A stretch of DNA of 59,389 bases, counting the filler, from Dugesia japonica (Eukaryota), in NCBI GenBank assembly GCA_001938525.1. It is 6 parts of 6 records of this genome, joined end to end, with 100 filler letters (N's around TTAATTAATTAA, not from the genome) between each part and the next. Parts side by side here need not be neighbours in the genome. Positions count along the whole stretch, not along the records: positions 8,835 to 20,142 come from MQRL01614778.1; positions 20,243 to 28,998 come from MQRL01644370.1; 4 more parts are not named here. One strand, 5' to 3'. Below, one piece after another: positions 11,560 to 22,683 of this stretch. Within the stretch, counting starts at the first letter, position 1, and each line of letters opens with the position of its first letter. A program made the position numbers and the translations under genes. The notes beneath the pieces were generated by a model, which did no database searches, was not told where the DNA came from, and saw only the letters and a list, made by a program, of their open reading frames with translations.

Positions 11560-14129
11560 GGTCTATGAATAAAAATAAAAATATCAATTTTCGGTTAACA
11601 ACATTATTATCATTTAAATAAATTATCGACATTCAAAATAGTTTATTAACGAATCTTCGGTCTGCGGCCTAATATGGCTTTGTCCTCACTCCTAACATGC
11701 AAACCAGAGAAGATGACGATTCAGAACTATCATCTTTTCTCGTTTTCATGTTTACGGAGCTCTCGAAAGATATCCTTATTAATTATATATCATATCTTTT
11801 ACTATTTACTTTAAGAATGAGTGCAAAATTATAAAACGACTAGACAACGTTCATTAATAATTTCACGATGATTTATTGCATTGTGTATGTTTTTTATGTT
11901 TCTCTGATGACTTATAGAATTTTACTTTATGATAAAAACATTGTTTTTAGGTAATAAATAATAAATAAAAAAATAATTAAATAGAGAGCATAATATTGAA
12001 AAATACATGAAAATTTTGCAACCCAAATACAACAGGTTGTATAAATAACTAGAAAAACTAATAAGCGCAAACAATGCCGTACGGCCATCGATTCATCCAT
12101 AGCTTTACCATTAAAATTACACATTCGTAATTTTCTAACTCATCTAATATTAATATTGCCTTCAATAAACGTTCTGAATTTTTTAAGCTATTTCACTTTA
12201 ATCTTCGCTAAATCAATCTCCGAATTTTTTGGAATCCGCTCGTATTAATATTTCATTCAATAATGGCTCTGAAAAATTTGAAGGCACGATCACCAGAAAT
12301 TATGGGATAAATGTAAGTTATGATAATAAACACTGTTAATTGATAAGAATTAAAATTTACTTTTTTCGGTATATATGATTTCTCCTCTGATTATCTAGAT
12401 GAAAATTATAATTGTTCTGTTGTGAAGTTTTTCAAACTTTTTGAAATAAGTATGAAAATTGTGTCGAAAAGCTTTAGGATTTTTTAAAAAATTGTATTTC
12501 CAAACTTTAGTATAAAAATTGTGTTGTTTTCTCTTTGGGTAGCCGGATTTTATCGATGGAGTTGTATAAGAATATTGGCTCTCAATTAGCCAGCCAATCA
12601 TCTATGATTTTTTCGAAATCTGGGTTTAAGATTGTGTTGGGGTGAAACACCCAGTTGAAAGAGAAACAAGATCCACGGGGTCATAAATCATCCATTATCA
12701 TAAAAAGTAAAAGCAAGAAGGAAAATATTAAGAAGAGCAAGTATGAAAATCAAGCAAGGAAAATCACGATCCAATTATTAAACGAACAAAACATGAGGAC
12801 GAAGAGCTCGGATGATTAAATTAAATCGGATCAATTATAATAATCAGAAGAATGAATAAAATTAATTGAAAAATGATTAATAGAAGAAGAAATAATTACA
12901 CAAAAAATCAATTAATTTAAACTGAAAAAAATAAATTAAAATTGCGCCAAAATTCAATTTATGCCAATAACTTCGCCCCAGATAATCACAGGAGGACGAC
13001 TCAAGAAAATCACGGAGGAATTTCGTTTAAGTGCATTGGAATTTTGTTATTAAAAATCTCAACCATGATNNNNNNNNNNNNNNNNNNNNNNNNNNNNNNN
13101 NNNNNNNNNNNNNNNNNNNNNNNNNNNNNNNNNNNNNNNNNNNNNNNNNNNNNNNNNNNNNNNNNNNNNNNNNNNNNNNNNNNNNNNNNNNNNNNNNNNN
13201 NNNNNNNTGTAAAAAATTCTGAAAATTGGCATCAACGCCAATGAGAAATCAGAAGTTTGAATTAAAAATAGCTGGCCAATGTCAAGCAAGTCGGGGTGTC
13301 ACTAGAAATCCTATTTAAACCCCCTAAATTTTAGTCAAACGGCTAAAATTTTTTCAATTTAAATTAGTGTTATTATTGGTGTAAAATTATCCACGTTCGC
13401 AGAGCAATAAAATTGGTGAATCAATCTGATTATTTTCCAAAGAAAACGAGATTAACCCACAAATTCAACGAGTGAATTAGTAGTTACGAACCAATCAGGA
13501 GAATTTTGTAAAGATAATTCAGCTATTATTGTTATCTCCGTTGTCAGAAGGAAATTTCAATTACTAGTAAGTCTACGTTATTTTTATATGTAATATCCTA
13601 GTTATTATGTTATAAATTGACTTCTCAATAAATATATCTCAATACTTCTTTATTTATTTAATTCCAATTATAATATGATAAGATGTTATTAATAAAATAC
13701 TGAATACTACAATCAAGGTTCTGGTTATGATATCAATGCCACTAATGGTATTACTACACTTCTATGTTACCTGTCCTTAGATAGTTTATGAGAACCCAAA
13801 CCTTGAATTTAGCCATTATACATTTATTATTTTTAGTTAATGCCAGCAGAACTACGCCATACCCTGCGATAGATAAAACAACAACGCCAAACTGCTCGAT
13901 TAAGACAGTTAATAGCTCATTTTTTGACCAATGGGAGGATCAAACATCCAGACGAGACTGATCTTCAGTGTTTTGCAGAGATGTTTCCTCTGGAAGAACA
14001 AATAGAGTCGAAGGGGAAATAAGAAATTGTCTGTTAAACTAATTCGTGCCGAATAAAATAATTTTCTCTTTGTTCATTTTAATGAGATTTGTTTTGCGAA
14101 TATCATTTTAAATATTTTTNNTTTAATAG

Positions 14130-14411
14130 ATGGAGTATAAATGGGAGGTGAGTCTCGACATTAATTCAGGACGCACAGTGTTTAAAAAATATNGAAATNC
14201 ATACGACCGTGACGCAGGNGTTTTGTTAGAAAGATCAAACTTGCCAATTAACCAGGCAATAACAGAGAGACACTGGGATGCAACCAAGAGACACGCATTC
14301 TACGACTGGACCGGCCCTAAAAGAGACCGAGTTGCTTTTCCCCCGGCGCCGCTTTCTTTTAAGAGAGATCTAGAAACACCACAATTAGAACGTATGTGGC
14401 ATCACTACTAG
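14130..14411 (+). CDS. Orphan 93-aa ORF (MEYKWEVS...), unknown function
   Basis: ATG directly after an acceptor-like tttaatag; protein-like composition; contains three ambiguous bases. Confidence 0.35.
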   Translation: MEYKWEVSLDINSGRTVFKKYXNXYDRDAXVLLERSNLPINQAITERHWDATKRHAFYDWTGPKRDRVAFPPAPLSFKRDLETPQLERMWHHY

Positions 14412-14684
14412 TAGCCTTCCCTCAGCAACCCAACTGACTTCATTCGTTCAGAACTATTTATGGAGCGCCCATAATAATATGTCTAGCAATAACAACGAAA
14501 ACGCCGAAGAGGAAATCTCAGCTGTGTTAGTGTAACCTAGCTAATTAAAAATAAAGTTTTAGTAAGGAATTTGTTTTTCTCTGCCTTTTTATTGTTTGAT
14601 TGATTAAGACCCCATACTGCTTTTGCTTTTTGAACCATAGACAGTCTTATTTAGATTCTATTATTTTATTGTATTTATGTTATA

Positions 14685-15026
14685 GTGCATTCATCATTAA
14701 ACCGTCCATCGGCTCCTAATAAGCAGATGAGAGACTCCAGCGAAGACACCGAAATGTCCTGGGAGTTATATCAACTGGTGAAGCTGAGAGTAGAAGCTGA
14801 GATATCCACTGCTAACGCAAAAGTGAAGCGTTATAGGAATAAATGTGTTAACGTACGCAAAGAGATGGAAGCTGTGCACGACCCAGAAAGAATTTGGAAA
14901 TCGCAAGTAGAGTTGTTCGCCGAGATCATCCGGTCCAGTCATGACAGTGAAAATAAACTGGTCAAGGATATCTTGCATCTTAAGGAAAATCATGTAGTAG
15001 TCTTTGCATTAGCATGTATCACCTAA
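14685..15026 (+). CDS. Orphan helical protein, MSWELY family
   Basis: Acceptor ttatag at the ORF start; MSWELY at ATG 14754; gap-free homology over ~72 codons to the disrupted copy at 31417. Confidence 0.55.
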   Translation: MHSSLNRPSAPNKQMRDSSEDTEMSWELYQLVKLRVEAEISTANAKVKRYRNKCVNVRKEMEAVHDPERIWKSQVELFAEIIRSSHDSENKLVKDILHLKENHVVVFALACIT

Positions 15027-15560
15027 ATTTTGATTAGACAAGTTCGATATCAATAATATTAATTATTTCTTTCCTATTGTTAATGCTTAATTATTTAGTG
15101 CCATGCATTGTATTTCCCACGAGTTTACGGAGGTGTCACCGGATTATGCATAGTTTGTTGTTAGAACGACATTAAAAGCGTAAGACCGAACGGGTCCTTC
15201 CAAGACATCTCAACCAGCGGGATTGATTAATAGAAAAATTAGATTTAGTGGTTAAAAAACAAAATGATTTGGCTGCACAAATCATGGCCCTTGAAGCACA
15301 AAACAAACAAATGTTACAACGAAAGGCAGATTTCCTTAGCAGTATATAGCCGACCTGTCAGGCCAAATGGAAAAACCCTGCTTGGGTACAGATGGATGAT
15401 GGTGACGACATAGCCGCGTTTGACTATTTGGAGACTGACCCAGACCAGTGGTTAGATTCTGGAGAATTAGAAGACCTATAATTTGTAATGCTAATAGATG
15501 TTTTGATAACTTTTGGCTAATTTTTTATCCATGTCTATAAGGGAAATTAATGAACCCAAA

Positions 15561-15821
15561 TTAAAGGTGTACGAGTGTGAACCTACCGTAAAAATTGAAG
15601 GTCAACCGCTCTGCACTGAATATCCAACTGCGGGCCATTGGATTTAAATTCTTGAAAGAGTTCCCTGAAAGCTGTTTTTCCCTAGCCACGTTTTCTTTCA
15701 CCCAACTCAGGTAGAACCCCAACAATTGGTTGATGTATTGCTCTCCTTTGGTGTGCACCTCTTCATTTTCGGTTGGATGAGAGGTTTCACGCACACTAAC
15801 TCGCCAATAATCTCCTGTCAT
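15561..15821 (-). CDS. Orphan 86-aa ORF, unknown function
   Basis: Open frame in a GC-richer island, convergent with the plus-strand ORF cluster; no homology recognised. Confidence 0.25.
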   Translation of the reverse strand: MTGDYWRVSVRETSHPTENEEVHTKGEQYINQLLGFYLSWVKENVAREKQLSGNSFKNLNPMARSWIFSAERLTFNFYGRFTLVHL

Positions 15822-17447
15822 CAGTCACCACGAATGACCTCTGATGACGGATTTTAGTTACCACCGATATTCCTTGTCTAGTTTAAAGTTATTCACTACT
15901 TTTGTTGTTAATTTTGCACTTAATTCAGCCTAACCAGACAATGACTGGGCCAGATTATTTCTTTAACTAAGAAATAATAATAATATCGTATATAGCGTGA
16001 TTATAGTAATGAAATTGGGTCATAGAGACCCGTTTAATAACTTATTATAATATAGTACATTATTTTTATTATTTGATTCTTCATTTCTTTTTATCTCATA
16101 TACATTTCGTTACCGTGTGACAAAATCTGAGTCTTCTACGTCCAATTTCCGATTCTCGACATTTCCCAAAATGGGGTTTAATTAGTTTGATAACTAATTT
16201 ACTTTGATTCGACTCCAAGATAGTGTTCGATAATAAATAAGACCCAACAATATATATATGTTTATTCAAATAATCATAAATTACAACAAAGTTGTCAATA
16301 ATAATTCCAACGATAAAGAATACACAAATACGATGGTAAGATAATTAATTAATCTGAGTTGAGTCAATGGGTTTGATTTGATGAGTAATGATTGAATAGA
16401 ACTCTAGCTTCTACTATTACGACAATTCCAATTTGATTACTTTGATTTCCTTTAACTCTCTAAATTATTTCAATAAACGTTATCTTCTTGGCTAGTTTAA
16501 TTTATCTTCGACTTTCCTCCTTTTTTTATAATTCTTTAAATTCTCTTAAATTCTACTAAATTCTCAAGTTATGCTTTTTACCTTCATTTCATATAGTCTC
16601 ATTCTGGCACCATGATTCTGATTTCGCTTCCTTGTCAAGTTTTTGACAACTTTCAATTATCTTCTTTTCGCCTCTTCTGTAGCAAAATTTTCATGTCTAT
16701 TCCGACCTCCCACGTTTTTATCTTTTTCTAATTTCAGCTGTGACTTTCTAATTAAACTCTTGAATTTTTGTTACTCGCCATCTCTCTTTTTATTATATTT
16801 TTTTTCTTTCATCTTTCCGCTTATTAATAATATAATATTTTAATTAATTAATTAATATTTTATTTATTTAGATTTGCTCAATTTTAACGTTCCAGATAGT
16901 ACTCAAACATACACATGCATACACATACTTGAAATTACATTTATAATACATTTTTACATTATTTAGCATTAATTTATATCATTATTCTTTTATTTTACAG
17001 GTTTCAATTAATTTCATATTTTATTGGAATCTAATTTTACTCGACCCAAACAAAAAATTAATTCATAATAATTATACTAATAATTACATAATAGTAATGC
17101 TAATTTTATTCATACTACTCAATTTTCTGGTCCAGATCATATTTCTTATTAGTTCTTTCGTTGTTCTTTATTATTTTTCTCATTCATCATTTTAAATGCT
17201 TAATCATTTTTATTGCGTTCTAGCCCAACATTAAATATGTGAAAAAGTACTTGAAAAGTAATTTTAACAACAAACATAAAGAATATCGTTTTTTCAAAAA
17301 TTAGGTAAAAAAATAAATAATCCACATATATAAGTAATGCAATCGTTTTAATATTCCAGTATACAATCAATTTCCAAAACAAATATTAAATAACATTTAA
17401 TTTACACAAAGGAATCAGTAAAAAAATTTCCGAACATTAATGTCCTA

Positions 17448-17650
17448 ATATTGCAATTAATTCGAGAATAATTGTTGGACATAACCGTTGATCGTTTTAT
17501 AGAATTTTTTTAAAATAAAAGCTTCGATCAAAATTTTTGTTGTTTTTTATTGAAATTTGATAACAATTCGATATTTCGACCTTGTCTTCGTCAAGAATTG
17601 ACTGAAATAAACAAAACAAAAATTGTGATCGAAGCTTTTATTTTAAATGA
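17448..17650. mobile_element. Asymmetric palindromic Penelope-type (inverted pLTR) insertion, copy 1
   Basis: Inverted arms around a hammerhead core; flanked by the direct repeat ATTAATGTCCTA (17436-17447 / 17651-17662); homologous to 47778-48013 and 49287-49463. Confidence 0.75.
17564..17600 (-). ncRNA. Minimal type-I hammerhead ribozyme (C3U core variant)
   Basis: Minus strand CAAUUC-UUGACGA-A-GAC(AAG)GUC-GAA-AUAU-C-GAAUUG: 6-bp helix I, 3-bp helix II, palindromic loop-less helix III, AUC cleavage triplet. Confidence 0.7.
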
Positions 17651-17663
17651 ATTAATGTCCTAC

Positions 17664-18856
17664 ATGGGAAAAGATAAAGTGCATATTTCAGCAAAGAGAA
17701 ATACATCAATATTTTGTCCGTCAAAAATGCAGTGTCGCAGGATCTATGTGCATTTTGGTTCAAGTGGTGATTTCAATGTCACAAACAACTGCCTAGTACT
17801 ACTAGGACATACAGCAATGAATATTTGGAACTAGTCTCTGATAATAACATATGGATCTTATATAGTAACTCAGCAAGCTTTCTAACCTCCTAATGAGATG
17901 GGTAAGATCGAAAAAGAAAGAAAATGGGTCTTGCATAAACTCACTCAATCCAACAAAATGGAACCTGTCTTTCTTTCTCTTTTCAATAGAACCAGTCGAA
18001 AGTCGTTCTTGTATGAACTTGTAACAGAAAATAAGAAATGGATACAATATGATAATCCGAAACGCAAAAAATCATCAACCATTTCCTAATCGTTTCGGAA
18101 AAAAGTAATCCTCTGCATCTGGTGGAATATTAAGAGAGTACTTTATTATTATCTATTTTAACCCAATTAAGTCCAATTAATTTTATTGAGTGATTATTTA
18201 GAGCTTAGTTTAGTGGAAAAGAAAAACGTCTTGTGAAGTTGTTGCATGATAACGCTAGGTTACATATTGATTATAAGGGAAAACACACGATAATAAAACG
18301 TATTAACCCTTTCAACGCAGTAAACGAAAAAAAAAGTTGATCTGAAAAATGCAAATTTTTCATGAAAAATAAAGTATTCTATAAAATTCTTTTTATTTTT
18401 TTTTGAGAATACCATGACTTAATACACCAAAAAATAGTCGTCAGGTGATATTTTTCGGGGAGAGGGGCTCAAAAAATGAAATTTAAATATCAAAAAATTA
18501 TTTTTTCGTAAAAAAATCGATAGTGATTATATTATTTATGATTTTAGAATGGAGGGAAAGTCATAATACCCACCCCTGCGTAATATTAAAACAAAAAATG
18601 TCTGTATATCACAGACGATGTAGTAAATGCGATTCAACAAAAGTCTGCTACCGCGTCCAAAGGGTTAACCATACATTATCCCAACTGATTATAATTTCTT
18701 CCGGTCACTGCAAAACGTCTTACACACTTTTAATCAATGGATGCCATCAAATAATAACTCTACGACTTTATCACATCCAAACAGTCAGAATTTTTTCGAG
18801 GTGGAATTCATCAGCGGTCAAAAGTTATCAATACCAACGGTGATTACTTTGATTGA
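17664..18856 (+). mobile_element. Decayed mariner (DD34D) transposase interrupted by a piggyBac MITE
   Basis: KWVLHKLT (WVPHEL), FLYELVTENKKWIQYDNPKRKKS (VTGDEKW), KKVILCIWW, LLHDNAR; after the MITE, PTDYNFFRSLQN and KVINTNGDYF. Confidence 0.85.
18307..18664. mobile_element. piggyBac-type MITE
   Basis: TTAA TSDs (18303-18306, 18665-18668); TIRs CCCTTTCAACGCAGTA and CCCTTTGGACGCGGTA (13/16 match); no ORF. Confidence 0.88.
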
Positions 18857-19074
18857 AAATTCGTGTCACTTACTTTATTAAATTTTGAAATTTTCCTGAA
18901 AATTTTTAATTATTTATTTATAATTATTTTAATTATTTAATTATAATTATTTAATTATAATTATTTTAATTATAATTATTTTAATTATAAAAAATTTTGA
19001 TCAACCCAAAGAAATACTATTACAAGGAAAAACGATTAAAAATAATGAAAAAAAACTTGAAAATTTTTTTTTAT

Positions 19075-20142
19075 TTAATTTCTCTTTTTCTTCTTATGAA
19101 TCAATTGTCTCGATTTTTGAAACTTTTTAACTTTTTCCTTTTCTTTACATCTTTTAATAATTTGTTCCGGCTTCAATTGTCGGCCAGTTTTACCACAATC
19201 TTTTGTTGTTAAAGTTTGTGATTGGTTCTTAAATCGACTGCCACGGTTGTTCAATAATGTAAATGATTTATTACTCTTATTTTGTTTACCAACAGCTTTT
19301 TTCGTAGTGGATTTCACATCATTGTTTTCTTCATCTTCAAACGACACTGTTTTAGCTGTAACCATCCCGGTATTACTAGTTTTGAGCCATCTCGCATATC
19401 TATACAAATATTTAACAATTCCAATAAAAAAAATATCGAAGAAAAATCAATTTACGCATCAGTTTTGTAACTTGCCGAAATGACAGCACCACTTTCAGTT
19501 CTAATCTTTTTAGAGTTTTTATCATTTTTCTCTCCGACAAATCTTTTCCGTTTCCTGTCCCATGTCATTCGTTGCCTTTTAGCACCAACAGCATGCCTAA
19601 ATTCAATATTGGAGATATTTCTAATCAATTAATCAATTAATCCATTTACACGTTAGAATTCAATTCGTCATTTTGAAACTCCAAAACAGCTTCTTTAGCT
19701 TCCAAAGCAAATCCGGAATTTTGTAAACTTAAACCAGATTCAGTAGCGTCAGGTCCTGTCAAGTTTGGAACTACGTATTTATTAATCGGCTTATCGGTTT
19801 TGCATTTCGATGAAAGAAAATCATCTTTTTCCACAACAATTCTATTCTTCACATGGAGATAGTCTTTCATTTCTTTCATTTTTCGTAAATTCAATAATGC
19901 ACTGCAAGCATTCTCATTTCTGCCGTGAGTTGTTTCGAAAATTGTTCTCTTTGGTCGTTCTTGTTTGAGAATTTTTCTGAATTCCATTTGAATATCGGAA
20001 ATATTATTAGCATGTGCAAATAACGGGTGACATTGCATATTTTCCATAGATTCGATAAATTCTCTTGATCTTTTCAGCGATTCAGAACTCGCCATTTTTT
20101 TGGTACGATTATATTTTCCAAAAGCTCTAACACTTGTTTCCA
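19075..20142 (-). CDS. DDX54: ATP-dependent RNA helicase DDX54/DBP10, 3' part
   Basis: Exons >20142-19650, 19596-19456 and 19399-19075 with GT-AG introns of 53 and 56 nt. Motifs [46 protein letters not shown] (DBP10 C-terminal domain) and LKPEQI. The 5' end is cut by the linker. Confidence 0.9.
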
Positions 20143-20242
20143 NNNNNNNNNNNNNNNNNNNNNNNNNNNNNNNNNNNNNNNNNNNNTTAATTAATTAANN
20201 NNNNNNNNNNNNNNNNNNNNNNNNNNNNNNNNNNNNNNNNNN
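20143..20242. other. Artificial scaffold linker
   Basis: N44-TTAATTAATTAA-N44. Confidence 0.95.
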
Positions 20243-21013
20243 TTTCATTATTAACTTATTTATAATTAATTAATTTGTAATTAATTTATTTAAATTATTA
20301 TTTTCATTTCAAAGCAGAAACAGATAAAAGTAACAATAAATATTTCTCTGAATATTTGGTTGTAATTTATTTTTTCGTGATTTATCATTGCTATTCATTC
20401 ACAAATAAGTTGTAGTTGAGGAAAAGTGTTTAAGTGATTTGTTAACGCATTATTTGAAAATTAATTTATAGTAAAACTTATTGAGGCAAATTTTTTAACA
20501 TTCTAAACATTTTGTTTTTAACATTTTGTGGTCTACTCGGATCTTGTTTTTATATATTTTGATTGAATGAAATATTATATATTTGTTGTTGAATATTGTA
20601 GCAGCAGCATCCAGCAACACATAAAACTCCTCAACGACAAAATTCTGACAGGCAAATTTAGATAAACCATCATAAATCTAGAATTGGCAGAACGGTATGC
20701 AAATTTTCATTATCAAGGGAACAACCATAGTGGATTTCAAAACTTTTCAAAAATTTTTCTTTCTTCATAATAAATATTTTAAAAATGCCTGAATAATTGA
20801 AAAGAACTGAGATAAGAAATAAATTATTAACAAAGTACCGCGATTTTTAAAACAAAAGTGCATCTTCATTTTGTACTAATTTATGGGATTTCAATTTTAA
20901 TAATTATCGCTTGTCTACAAGCTTCTACATATTTCATATCAAATGTTCTTGAAACTACACCAGTAGCAATATTAAATATAAATTAAGAGTTGTTTTGAAA
21001 TTATAACAATCAT

Positions 21014-21081
<68 letters not shown>

Positions 21082-21131
21082 NNNNNNNNNNNNNNNNNNN
21101 NNNNNNNNNNNNNNNNNNNNNNNNNNNNNNN

Positions 21132-21197
<66 letters not shown>

Positions 21198-22644
21198 GAG
21201 TTAAAAAACATGTTAAATACCGTAAATCGTTAAGAATCAAATAATATACATGTGTAGAAAAATTAAAAATTTTCTAGTATAGCAATCGGGCATTTAGGTT
21301 TATGCTTCATGAAGTATTTTTACTAGAGACATATGTTTGTGCATTATTATTTAAATTCAAAACCTCACAACTTTTCATAAGTTTGTTTTTATTATTACAA
21401 GTTTTTTGATTAAAGTTGAAAAAAAATGAAGAACAATTCATAGTATTTAAACAAAAAATCCGAAAAATTTGAATAAAATATTTTTAAATATTTTCATACC
21501 TTTATAATTTGGCCTAATATATTATTTAAAAATTATTTAAATAATTTATATTTACTTTTTTTCTAATATTATTTGAATGTTCGAAAAAAAATAATTTTAA
21601 TATATTAAATAAAAAAATAAAAAAATAAACCTCTCAGATATTTAAAAGCTAAGAATTATTCTTACGTACATAATCGGAACTAAATATATTCTTTTCCCAC
21701 AAATCCTCATTTCGTAAAGGATAATAGTGAGGATGAAAAATAAGTTAATAATACGAGATAGCCTGTGTTCCTGTGTAGTTCAATGTGGTAGATTTCCAGG
21801 TGTGTTTCATTTGTGCCATCTCCGAAATTTTATATTTCATAAATATGTCCGACTACTAAAAACGGTTTTTATTTTTCATTGATGTAAAAGTAAACAAATA
21901 AATTAATTGATATGGAATAAATAAAATAAACTAAAATAATAAAATAACAATATTTAAATTAAAATAAAAAACAGAATTATAAGTTTCTGCTTTTACTCAT
22001 GAGTAAAGATATTTTAGTTATAACTAATAAATATAAAAATAAAAAACATGTATTATGAGTGAACTGATTGTTGATTTCGTATAGAATTTCGTAAATATAC
22101 GATTCAATATGAAATGATATTATATTTTATAAATTAATTCATGGATTGGTTTGCTATTGAAATGTGTGTCGGGAGAGAATAATATCATCATAACTATTGA
22201 TGTTGTCTCAAATTCTAAGACAATTCCAGTAGTGTCGTCATATGTATTTGTTATTAATAATTATAATAATACAGTCCGGGCCACCTTGACAATAATCTGC
22301 ATGACTTATACGCATTGAGATGTATCAATGATCAATTGTAATGAATTTGTTGTTTCAAGTTATTTTATTAAAACAACATCTATGCTCTTTGCACTAGCAA
22401 ATTATTTGTGAATCAATTATTTATCTTTCATTCATTCTGTTTTACCAATAAACTATCTCTGTTTATTTATCTAGTCAATCGTGACAACAAGCAGTTAATA
22501 TTTTGTTTATTCTTTATAATGAAATAATGTTTTTCATATATCATTATTGTAATGAAATCTGAAATATTAATTGAAATTATTTTAATGCCTAACACACTGT
22601 TTGCATCAGCATGGACACATACACGCATACACACACAGATATAT

Positions 22645-22683
<39 letters not shown>

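Noticed and set aside
19621-19649. Apparent 29-nt ultra-short DDX54 intron
   Set aside because: An in-frame acceptor at 19597 gives a 53-nt intron matching the size of the other introns here.
20590-20700. Possible exon continuing DDX54
   Set aside because: No helicase motifs, stops in the plausible frames, and it lies beyond an artificial linker.
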